From positions 33,808-97,807 of the forward strand of contig JANRIW010000020.1 of NCBI GenBank assembly GCA_033764505.1: a stretch of 64,000 nt of DNA, given 5' to 3'. The notes beneath the pieces are model-generated. The model saw only the letters and a program-made list of their open reading frames with translations. It was not told the DNA's origin and searched no databases. The DNA is from Gemmatimonadales bacterium (GTDB lineage: Bacteria > Gemmatimonadota > Gemmatimonadetes > Gemmatimonadales > GWC2-71-9). Made by a program: the position numbers and the translations under genes. Of this stretch, positions 42,870 to 51,062 are shown one piece after another; the first letter of the stretch is position 1, and every line of letters begins with the position of its first letter.

Positions 42870-43292
42870 TCAACTGATTAGTAGTCGGGACCATGCTGAT
42901 GGGGGGATCTTGTGAGGAAGTGTGCATGCAGGTCCCGAGAGCTGATAGTGCTGTCCGTGAGACCTCCAACAGGATACGTGGCTCGTCTTGGCGCCAGGCG
43001 TTAGCACCGAGAAGAGCTCTTCAGAGCAAACCGATGCGATTCCATCCGCTCCGCATATCAGCCCGATTGTGACAGGTCCGGCGGCCGCCTTGGCGGCCAA
43101 GGCCGAAATTTCCGAGTCCACGAATGAAAAAGCCCACGGGCTCCTCACCTTGGTGGAGTATTTCAGGTACAAGACATGCCGGCCGTTGACCACCACGAAT
43201 GGTGGGGCAAACTGAATACGAACCGGGTCAGCCTCGCGAAGGAGCCTGTAAAGTGCGGCGCCTTCGTAGAAATCTTGCTTTGAAATCGCCAT
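42870..43292 (-). CDS. hypothetical protein, first gene of the Z1/Dcm cluster
   Basis: 140 aa from MAISKQDFYEGAALYRLL. No domain recognised. 7-nt gap to the Z1 gene. Confidence 0.5.
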   Translation of the reverse strand: MAISKQDFYEGAALYRLLREADPVRIQFAPPFVVVNGRHVLYLKYSTKVRSPWAFSFVDSEISALAAKAAAGPVTIGLICGADGIASVCSEELFSVLTPGAKTSHVSCWRSHGQHYQLSGPACTLPHKIPPSAWSRLLIS

Positions 43293-43894
43293 ACCGGTGA
43301 TGTACCTCGGGCGAGGTTGGTGATCCGCGACCGCCACAGCGGGAGGACTTACAGTAAAGGTACTATTCGGCGAACAATTCTGAGGCGCCACTTGTTGAGC
43401 CTAGGACGGGGGATCTTTTCCGAAGCGGCCCTTTGAAGGCGTGAAGTTGCGAAGTCGCAGTCCAATACAGGCCTGCTGCACTTGAGACTCCGCTAGATCT
43501 GCGCCATTCGCTTCCAAGGGCAGCCGGCGTGCACCTCGCGTTTCTGATGCGCGCGCGCCGGCGGTTGGCTGGAGCATTTCCACTATGAGATAGTTTATGC
43601 GCAAAGCATTGTGGGTTCCAATGGTTCGAGGCTGCGTCTCACGATGCTTTGCTCCCATTCTTTGTTGTGACATTGCCGACAAGCCTCCCCCGAACCGCGC
43701 CACCCACCCCCCTCAACCACCCCACAACGCCCTCCCCCAATGTCCAACTCTCGCCCGCCCCCGCGCAGCGGCTCGCCACCGACCCGCACCATCGCCGCAG
43801 AGCATCCACCATCTGCCCCACACCCGCCTACCGTCACACCCCCACCCTACCTTTCCTCCATGCCCTGCGACCTCACGCCACCCCATGGAGCCCA

Positions 43895-44794
43895 ATGACC
43901 CACCCCGCCATCACCCTCCTCCCGCAACAGCACGGCAGCGACCTCCCCCACATCGCGCTGCGCGCACTCCGGCACCACCTCCCCACCATCGCCTGTGATT
44001 GCTACGTCGAGGCCATCGAACACCACGGCTCCCCCGTGGAGTGGGGATGGCGCTACGGCCCCCACGAGAACATCGATCATCACGCCCCCGTCGATGCCAT
44101 GGCTCGGCTCGTCTCCAGCGCCAACCTCGCCCTCGTCCGCGTGGCCCGCCTCGGCACTGCTTCGCCCGATACCCGCGTGCTCCTCACCCACACCGACTGC
44201 GACTCCATCCTCTCGGCGGGGATCGTATCCGGGCGCATCCCGCCGCTGCTCCACTACGGCGACGCTGCCCTCGCGGCCGACCATACCGGCGCGGACCACC
44301 CCGTGGCCGACCTCCTCCAGGCCATCCAGGATCGTCGCGACGTGGAGTATGCCTTCGAGATGCTGGCATGCCTCGAGGGCGGCCGCCCACTCCCGCCCGA
44401 TGCCGCGCGGCTCCTCGATGCCCGGCGCCGGAAGCGCGATGACGCCGCCAGCGCCGTGGCCCAGGGGCGGTTCGAACAGCTCGGCGAGGGGATCTGGTTT
44501 GCAGGGTTCAGCGGGGAGACCGACGGCGAGTTCTTTCCGGCGCTCCTCCCCGAGGCGCAGCTGATCGTGGTGGGGGTGCGGCATCCCGATCCGGCACGCG
44601 CCAACCCGTGGGCCATCAAGGTGCGTCGCGGCCTGGGCATGCCGGACGGACGGGACCTGCGCCATCTTGAGCTGACGCGGTACGACCAGGCCTACGGTGG
44701 CCGGTGGAATGCCGGGTCGAACAAGCGGGGCGGGGGGACAGGCTTGGAGCCGAGGGTGTGGGCGGAGGGGTTGCGCCGGCGGGTGTCATCCTGA
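43895..44794 (+). CDS. hypothetical protein with DHH-like motifs in unusual order
   Basis: NIDHH, THTDCDSILSAG and YGGRWNAGSNKRGGG motifs. The stop codon lies in a GTCATCCTGA repeat head. Confidence 0.5.
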   Translation: MTHPAITLLPQQHGSDLPHIALRALRHHLPTIACDCYVEAIEHHGSPVEWGWRYGPHENIDHHAPVDAMARLVSSANLALVRVARLGTASPDTRVLLTHTDCDSILSAGIVSGRIPPLLHYGDAALAADHTGADHPVADLLQAIQDRRDVEYAFEMLACLEGGRPLPPDAARLLDARRRKRDDAASAVAQGRFEQLGEGIWFAGFSGETDGEFFPALLPEAQLIVVGVRHPDPARANPWAIKVRRGLGMPDGRDLRHLELTRYDQAYGGRWNAGSNKRGGGTGLEPRVWAEGLRRRVSS

Positions 44795-45056
44795 GCGGAG
44801 CGAAGGACCTGCGTGATCGTGAACGGGCTGGGGTTCTGTGCATTCGGAATCACGCAGGTCCCTCGCTTCGCTCGGGATGACAGATTTTCGGGTAGGTCCT
44901 TCGACTTCGTCCGCTTCGCGGACTCCGCTCAGGATGACAACGCTTCGCGGGCTTCGCTCAGGATGACCATCCCCCCGTGCCCAACATCCCTCACCTATCA
45001 TCCATCATCAATCATTTATTATCAATCATCCATCATCCATCATCCATCACGATCTC
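44785..45056. repeat. cluster of full and partial GTCATCCTGAGCG elements followed by an AT-richer heptamer array
   Basis: Elements at 44785..44881, 44894..44938 and 44939..44967. CCTATCA, TCCATCA, TCAATCA, TTTATTA, TCAATCA, TCCATCA x3, CGATCTC (44994..45056). Confidence 0.85.
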
Positions 45057-45134
45057 CGCGCATTGACCCTTCGCTTCGCTCAGGGCAGGCATGCGCGGCT
45101 GTAACGCCCGACATCCCAATTCTTGGAGATCCGC

Positions 45135-45668
45135 ATGGCCCCACTCCTCCTCAAGGCCCTCCACTTCGCCGCGACCAAGCACCGTTTCCAGCGGCGCAAG
45201 GACGTGGAGGCCTCGCCGTATATCAACCATCCCATTGCCGCGGCCGAACTGCTCACCCGCATCGGCGGCGTCACCGACACCACGGTCCTCGTTGCAGCGA
45301 TTCTCCACGACACTGTCGAGGACACCGAGACCACCCTTGAGGAGCTGGAGGCGGAGTTCGGGAAGGAGGTCAGCGGGATCGTGGCCGAGGTGACCGACGA
45401 CAAGTCGCTGGCGAAGGCGGTGCGCAAGGAGCGGCAGGTCGAGCATGCGCCGCACGCATCCACCGCGGCCAAGCTCATCAAGCTGGTGGACAAGATCTGC
45501 AACGTGACCGACGTGATCGAGCATCCGGCCGCCGGGTGGTCGGCCGAACGTCGGCTCGAGTACCTCGCCTGGGCGGAGCGGGTGGTGGCCGGCTGTCGGG
45601 GGAGCAATGCGGCACTGGAGGGGCACTTCGATGCGGTGGTGGCGAGGGGGCGGGCGGAGATTGGGTGA
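45135..45668 (+). CDS. HD-domain (p)ppGpp hydrolase-like protein (SpoT/Mesh1-type small alarmone hydrolase)
   Basis: ATG after [17 protein letters not shown] and [13 protein letters not shown] motif. Confidence 0.8.
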   Translation: MAPLLLKALHFAATKHRFQRRKDVEASPYINHPIAAAELLTRIGGVTDTTVLVAAILHDTVEDTETTLEELEAEFGKEVSGIVAEVTDDKSLAKAVRKERQVEHAPHASTAAKLIKLVDKICNVTDVIEHPAAGWSAERRLEYLAWAERVVAGCRGSNAALEGHFDAVVARGRAEIG

Positions 45669-45832
45669 GGGGGATATAGCGGAAGGTTCAGCCGCGGCCC
45701 AATGGTCCGGGCGATGGAACTGTGGCCTTGGCACGGCGTTTCTTGGACCAGATAAGCGCATTCCCCACCCTAGCGGTCGGACCGGCACCCGATATCATTC
45801 ATGACACCTACCGTCTCTCCCCGAGGGCAGCG

Positions 45833-45991
45833 ATGAGCGAGAAGAAGAAGGACATCGTGCAGATCAAGAACCCTCGCACCGGCCACTACGTGAAGATCGA
45901 CCGCGACGCAGGCCGCATTCTCGATCACAAGAAGTCGGAAGGGCCGTACAAGGGTGTTCCGGTGGCCCGCCCTGGGTCCAAGAAGAAGTGA
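45833..45991 (+). CDS. small basic protein (52 aa)
   Basis: ATG after GAGGG. MSEKKKDIVQIKNPRTGHYVKIDRDAGRILDHKK. ATGA overlap with the next gene. Confidence 0.45.
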   Translation: MSEKKKDIVQIKNPRTGHYVKIDRDAGRILDHKKSEGPYKGVPVARPGSKKK

Positions 45992-46629
45992 TCTACTACT
46001 CGCCGGTCAACGGCGACGTCTTGCAGGAGCCGGTGCTGTGGCGCCCGAAGACTGCCTTCATAATGCAGCAGCTCGGCGACCCGGTCCCAGATGCTGTCCT
46101 GGACGCGCGGCGCGCCATTGATCAGGTGCTCAAGCGTACGGGTTGGTCCGCCATCGACGCGAGCGATGAGGTGACCGGGCAGGATTACCTCGCCAAGATC
46201 TGGAAGCTGATCCTTACTTGCCCCGTTGGAATTGCTCTCGTACACGAGGGAATTGGCCCAAGTACGCTGGCGAACATCTTCTATGAACTCGGGATGTTGC
46301 AGGCGTATGGCAGGGAGACAGTGGTCATTCGGATTGGGAAGGCTTCCATACCATCTGATTTCATCCGGAGTGAATGGATCCCGACAGGTCCCAGCTTCAA
46401 GCAGCAACTCGGCAAGTACATCAAGGGCCTCGCCGTTCGCGAGACATACTATCGCCAGATGGCGGAGCTCGTCGAGCGCAACCCATTGCTGGCCATCGAC
46501 TACCTGCGCCGTGCGACGCTTCTCTCCGGTGACGCCGGTCTACGACTGCGGGCACGCCGCATCCTGGATGAATCGGGCATTGGCGAGCGATCGAAGGCCA
46601 GTGTCGAACAACTTATGCTGGAGTTCTGA
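45988..46629 (+). CDS. nucleoside 2-deoxyribosyltransferase-like / TIR-like Rossmannoid domain protein
   Basis: KTAFIMQQL, GIALVHE and NIFYELGMLQAYGRETVVI (conserved YE-G-A motif position), followed by a C-terminal helical region. Confidence 0.55.
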   Translation: MIYYSPVNGDVLQEPVLWRPKTAFIMQQLGDPVPDAVLDARRAIDQVLKRTGWSAIDASDEVTGQDYLAKIWKLILTCPVGIALVHEGIGPSTLANIFYELGMLQAYGRETVVIRIGKASIPSDFIRSEWIPTGPSFKQQLGKYIKGLAVRETYYRQMAELVERNPLLAIDYLRRATLLSGDAGLRLRARRILDESGIGERSKASVEQLMLEF

Positions 46630-46744
46630 CCCTTCCGCTTCACTGAGGCCCACCCCTGGGGTGGTGAACTCCCCTCGATGCGGCCGCCACGACCAATAAC
46701 CCCGCTAGCTTTCCCACCTCCTCCTGCACACGAGCCCGCCCCCC

Positions 46745-48451
46745 GTGCACCTCACCCCGTGGCTCATCGGTGCAACGCTCCTCGTGGTCGTCGGGCTCCT
46801 CGCGGCGTGGAGCCAGGACCGCCGCCAGAAGCAGCTCAAGGCCCTCCGCGCCGCATGGGGGCGCCCGTGTCCGGTTGCGCCGCTCGATGACGACCGCGTG
46901 CGCGAGGCGTGGGAGCTCTGCCGGAACGTAGCCGACGCCGAGCGGGAGATCGACGCGCGCACCTGGGACGACCTCGACCTCGATCGCCTCTTCTCCACCA
47001 TCGATCACACCCACACCGCCCTCGGCCAGCAACAGCTCTATCGCAGGCTCCGCGCCGGCACCACGTGGGATGCCACCCCCGATATGGAAGCGCTCACGAC
47101 GCGGTTCACCAGCGAGCCTCCCTTCCGCGAGGAGGTCGCGCTCCGGCTGCGCGGGCTGGGGCGGTCGATCGGATACGACTTCTGGATCATCACGCGTCCC
47201 GAAATGCTCGTGGTGCATTGGTGGTACCTGATCTTCCCGCTCCTCGCGCTGGTGATGGTCGCGGCGATCATCTCGGTGGCATTCAACCCGCAGATGATCC
47301 TGTTGGTCGCAGCATTGATGATCGTCAACCTCGTGGTGCGCGCAGTGACCTATCGGTACCTGCCGGGACTCCTCGCGCCGATGCGACAGTTGGGCCCGTT
47401 GATCGGCGCGGCAGAGGCCTTGTCAGGCGTCACCGGTCAACGTGGTGAGAAGATGCACGGCGACGAGATTCGGCAATTGCAGCCGCTCAAGCGGATCGCA
47501 GCGCTGGTCGCCAGCGACGTGGGCATGGACAACGAGCTCGTCGCCGGGTTCCGCGAGTACCTCAACATTTCTTTCCTGCTCGACGCCAACACGCTCGTCT
47601 TCTGCGTCCGCCGCCTGCGGACACTGGGACCGGTGCTGGCGCGCGTCGCCCAGTGGGTCGGTGATGTGGACGTGGCGCTGTCGGTCGCGTCGCTGCGGGC
47701 GGAGGCGCGCCCCTGGTCCGTGCCCGCTCCGGGCGATGGCCCGACGCGGGTCGTTGCGGCCTGGCACCCCGAAATCGCCGAGCCGGTAGCGAATGATGTG
47801 GAGCTGGTGCCGGGACGGGGGATCATCATCACCGGGGCCAACATGTCGGGGAAGAGCACCTACCTGCGCACCATCGGGATCGCCGCGGTCATGGCGCGCA
47901 CGCTCCACACGGCACCCGCGGAGCGGTGGCAGGGGCGCCACTTCCGGGTGCGCAGCCTGATTGGTCGGAGCGACGATCTCGCGGCGGGGAAGAGTTACTA
48001 CCAGGTCGAGGCGGATGGTGTGGTCGAGTTGATCCGTGATGCCGCCGGGTCGGTGCCGACGATCTACCTGCTCGACGAGCTCCTGCGGGGCACCAACACC
48101 GTGGAGCGGCTGGCGGCGGGGGAGGCGGTCCTGGATGCGCTGCTCGCCGACCGTGATGGCGGCAATCCGCATGTGGTCGTCGTGGCCACGCACGATGGCG
48201 AGCTGGTGGCGATGCTGCGGGAGCGCTACCTGCCGGTGCATTTCCGCGAGACGATCGGACCGGAGGGGCTGACCTTTGACTTCCGGCGCCGCGAGGGGCC
48301 GGCGAGCACTCGCACGGCGATCGCGCTGCTCGAGGCCACCGGCGCACCGGCGAGCCTCGTGGCGCGGGCACGGCGGCGGGCGGAGGAGTTGGATGGGGGA
48401 CCTCCGCCTCCTTCAGCCGCGGCCGTCAGGCCGCGGGAGACGTTGGGATGA
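46745..48451 (+). CDS. MutS-related ATPase (domain V only) with transmembrane segments
   Basis: GTG start. Several hydrophobic helices. Walker A GANMSGKSTYLRTIG, Walker B YLLDELLRGTN, ATHDGEL. The last codons lie in a CCGCGGCC hairpin repeat. Confidence 0.8.
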   Translation: MHLTPWLIGATLLVVVGLLAAWSQDRRQKQLKALRAAWGRPCPVAPLDDDRVREAWELCRNVADAEREIDARTWDDLDLDRLFSTIDHTHTALGQQQLYRRLRAGTTWDATPDMEALTTRFTSEPPFREEVALRLRGLGRSIGYDFWIITRPEMLVVHWWYLIFPLLALVMVAAIISVAFNPQMILLVAALMIVNLVVRAVTYRYLPGLLAPMRQLGPLIGAAEALSGVTGQRGEKMHGDEIRQLQPLKRIAALVASDVGMDNELVAGFREYLNISFLLDANTLVFCVRRLRTLGPVLARVAQWVGDVDVALSVASLRAEARPWSVPAPGDGPTRVVAAWHPEIAEPVANDVELVPGRGIIITGANMSGKSTYLRTIGIAAVMARTLHTAPAERWQGRHFRVRSLIGRSDDLAAGKSYYQVEADGVVELIRDAAGSVPTIYLLDELLRGTNTVERLAAGEAVLDALLADRDGGNPHVVVVATHDGELVAMLRERYLPVHFRETIGPEGLTFDFRRREGPASTRTAIALLEATGAPASLVARARRRAEELDGGPPPPSAAAVRPRETLG

Positions 48452-48548
48452 TTTCTGGTGGACCGCGGCCTAACGGCCGCGGCTGAATGGTCGGGGGGCC
48501 GTCATCGATCACCGCGGCCTGACGGCCGGAGCTGAAGCAGCCAGCCCG
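48427..48548. repeat. three CCGCGGCC-N4-GGCCGCGG hairpins in alternating orientation
   Basis: 48427..48446 (GTCA loop), 48473..48492 (TAAC loop), and 48522..48548 (TGAC loop, degenerate). Confidence 0.85.
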
Positions 48549-48549
48549 C

Positions 48550-48942
48550 TTACCGCCCCTTGTGCGCCCGAAACTCGACCTTCGGCAGCGTCTTGAAATC
48601 TTCATCCTGTGTCCAGAGCGTCCCGCCCACCGCCTGCGTCGTCGCGTAGACAATGCTGTCGGCCAGGGCGAGCCCTTGTCGCCTGCCGAGCGTCGCGGCG
48701 TCGACCGCGAGCTGATCGTCGAGGGGCACGACCGTGGCCTGGCGCATCTGCGCGAGCACGTCAGGGATGATGGCACGTCGCCCCTGCGCGTCGAGCCGGC
48801 GCACGACCTCCGAGATCACAATCGTCGGCACGACCAAGGTGCGCACCGTCTCAATGGCGGCGGCGAATTCACCCGCATTGGGGCCGTCGGCGAGATACTC
48901 GAGCCAGGCGGATGAATCGACCACGTTAGACACGGTCGGCAT
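48550..48942 (-). CDS. vapC: PIN-domain toxin
   Basis: VVDSSAWLEY..., LALADSIVYATT, LWTQDEDF acidic PIN residues. A GTG at 48924 is an alternative start. Confidence 0.8.
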   Translation of the reverse strand: MPTVSNVVDSSAWLEYLADGPNAGEFAAAIETVRTLVVPTIVISEVVRRLDAQGRRAIIPDVLAQMRQATVVPLDDQLAVDAATLGRRQGLALADSIVYATTQAVGGTLWTQDEDFKTLPKVEFRAHKGR

Positions 48943-49144
48943 CCCTCGGCACCCTGCTGTCGAGCCCAGGGGCGATGCCGCGTAGCCGCTTCATCGCCCC
49001 AACCGGGACGAGCGTGATGCGCCCTTCGTAGATCACCACTTCGATCTTCTGCCCAGGCTTCAACTGAAAGGCCTCCCGCACCGACGGCGGAATGACCACC
49101 TGGTATTTCGATGACAAGGTGACGGCTGCCACGAGCTGCTCCAT
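48926..49144 (-). CDS. vapB: AbrB/SpoVT-family antitoxin
   Basis: 72 aa. LSSKYQVVIPPSVREAFQLKPGQKIEV swapped-hairpin motif. Confidence 0.8.
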   Translation of the reverse strand: MEQLVAAVTLSSKYQVVIPPSVREAFQLKPGQKIEVVIYEGRITLVPVGAMKRLRGIAPGLDSRVPRDADRV

Positions 49145-49405
49145 GCTGAGACCTCCGAAACGTAGAGCGCCGGGCGGCGTCGTTCAACTGAATGGTGATC
49201 GATCGTCATGTTGCAGAACGCATCGGAACTGAGTGCGGTGCTTCAGCAATGATGGGCAAAGGTGCCCCCACCCTGCCGATCCGTTCACGGCAGCGCGGCA
49301 CTCGGGAATGCGGAAGCGATCCTCGATCATCCATTACCGCGGCCTCACGCCCACGGTACCGAGATGTATCCTCTGGGGACCCCTTCCTCCCCACGAGGCC
49401 CTGCC

Positions 49406-49819
49406 ATGCGCGCTTCACCCAGTCACGTCTTCCACCAGAGCGCTCTCCTTCTCACACTCGCCTTGCTCCTCCTCGGCTGCGGCGGTCCGAGCGGACCAGA
49501 GGTCCCCGAGTTCGTGGACGTCAACATCACCACCGTCGGCACCGTCACCTGGGAAGATGGGACCCCGATCGTCGGTGCCATCGTCTCCTCGCCCCTGGCG
49601 TTTGGCTACTCGGACGAAGTGCAGGCAACCACCGGAATCCACGGCACCTACCAGCTCGCCTACCGGGCGCGTTGTACCCCAGGCGGACTGGTGTTCAACG
49701 TGAATGTTCGATTGCCGCCCCAGATGGCGAACAACGGCGGCAGCTGTACCGGGGCGCCGAGTTGCAGCACCGGTCAGTACCGGCGCGATTGCGTCTTTGA
49801 GTTTGCGAGCGGGGGATAA
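49406..49819 (+). CDS. small lipoprotein
   Basis: Lipobox LLLLGCGG. 137 aa. Confidence 0.55.
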   Translation: MRASPSHVFHQSALLLTLALLLLGCGGPSGPEVPEFVDVNITTVGTVTWEDGTPIVGAIVSSPLAFGYSDEVQATTGIHGTYQLAYRARCTPGGLVFNVNVRLPPQMANNGGSCTGAPSCSTGQYRRDCVFEFASGG

Positions 49820-49830
49820 CGTCGGCCCGT

Positions 49831-49893
49831 CCTTCGTTCGCCGTTCACCTTACACCGCTCACCCCTCACCCCTCACCCCTCACCCCTCACCAA
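49831..49893. repeat. heptamer array ending in (CTCACCC)x4
   Basis: CCTTCGT, TCGCCGT, TCACCTT, ACACCGC, CTCACCC x4, CTCACCA. The complement is (GGGGTGA)n. Confidence 0.9.
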
Positions 49894-49970
49894 TCCCCGC
49901 CCCCCGAAGGGCGTCCCGCGCACTGTCACACCCCCCTCCTATCCTCCCTATCCACAACAGGAGGTGGGTT

Positions 49971-50612
49971 ATGCGACAGGACTATACCGATGTGACCGTG
50001 GTGCTCGACCGGTCGGGGAGCATGGCGAGGATTCGCGCGGACATGGAGGGCGGTTTCGCCTCCTTCGTGAAGCAGCAGCAGGCGCACCCCGGCCGTTGCC
50101 TGGTCACGATGGTGCAATTCGATGGGCAGGCCACCGAGGTGCGCTACGCCGGCGTTCCCATTGCGCAGGTCGGCCCCCTCGACCTGCAGCCGCGCGGGAG
50201 CACCCCGTTGCTCGACGCCACCGCGTTCAGCGTGCGCACCACCGGCGATCGCCTCGCCGCGCTCCCCGAGCCTGAACGGCCGGCGCAGGTGCTGGTGCTC
50301 ATCATCACCGATGGGCGGGAGAATGCCTCGCGCCACACCACCTCTGCGCAGCTGCGCGCCATGATCGAGCACCAGCGCTCCGTCTACAACTGGGAGTTCA
50401 TCTACCTCGGCGCCAACGTGGATGCCTTCGCCGAGGGTGGCAGGATGGGGATTCCGGCGACGCACAACGTGAACTTCGATGCCGATGCCGAGGGGGTGCA
50501 GGCGTCGTGGTCGGTGGTGGAGGAGAAGCTGCGCCGGTATCGGGGTGGCGATCGGAAGGCGCTGGAGTTTGTGGCGGAGGAGCGGAAGCGGATGAAGAAG
50601 GGTGAGGAGTGA
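49971..50612 (+). CDS. von Willebrand factor A domain protein
   Basis: ATG after AGGAGG. MIDAS VVLDRSGSM, then GSTPLLDA and LIITDGREN. Confidence 0.75.
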   Translation: MRQDYTDVTVVLDRSGSMARIRADMEGGFASFVKQQQAHPGRCLVTMVQFDGQATEVRYAGVPIAQVGPLDLQPRGSTPLLDATAFSVRTTGDRLAALPEPERPAQVLVLIITDGRENASRHTTSAQLRAMIEHQRSVYNWEFIYLGANVDAFAEGGRMGIPATHNVNFDADAEGVQASWSVVEEKLRRYRGGDRKALEFVAEERKRMKKGEE

Positions 50613-50800
50613 GGGGTGAGGGGTCGTATGTCGTAAGTCGTAGGTCGTAGGTCGGAAGCGTTGTCATCCTGAGCGAAGCAGCCTGAAAGGCTGCGGAGTC
50701 GAAGGACCTCTCTCCGAGCGCGTCGGGAAGAGGTCCTTCGACTTCGCCCGCTTCGCGGGCTTCGCTCAGGATGACAATTGTCCCCCTCACCGCGGCCTGA
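50601..50800. repeat. composite: heptamers / full GTCATCCTGAGCG element / half CCGCGGCC hairpin
   Basis: GGTGAGG, AGTGAGG, GGTGAGG, GGTCGTA, TGTCGTA, AGTCGTA, GGTCGTA, GGTCGGA. Element at 50663..50776. Confidence 0.9.
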
Positions 50801-51062
50801 CCCTTCGCTACGCTCGCTCAGACATCCGGTCCTCCTCTGACGGCCCCCCCGATCCTCGCTGGAGCGGCCGCGTTGCAGGCCCTCACCCACTATTTTGCAG
50901 TCGCGCCACTTCCGTCCCGGTGGCCAGCATGTCGAGTGCGGCGAGAGCTCCGGCTCCCTGACCCGCCACCACCCGTGCCTCATCGGTGGTCCTGCCGGCC
51001 GACCCTCCCAGGGTCGGAACCATGCGCGAATGGGACGGCACGGTTCATCGCACAGGTGCCTC

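Noticed and set aside
43649-43894. Pro-rich 82-codon N-terminal extension of the 43895 gene
   Set aside because: It is low-complexity C-rich sequence, so the internal ATG 43895 is preferred. The choice remains uncertain.
45925-46407. 160-aa minus-strand ORF opposite the NDT/TIR-like gene
   Set aside because: No motif is present, whereas the plus strand has a recognisable Rossmannoid motif series and an ATGA-coupled upstream ORF. Confidence is only moderate.
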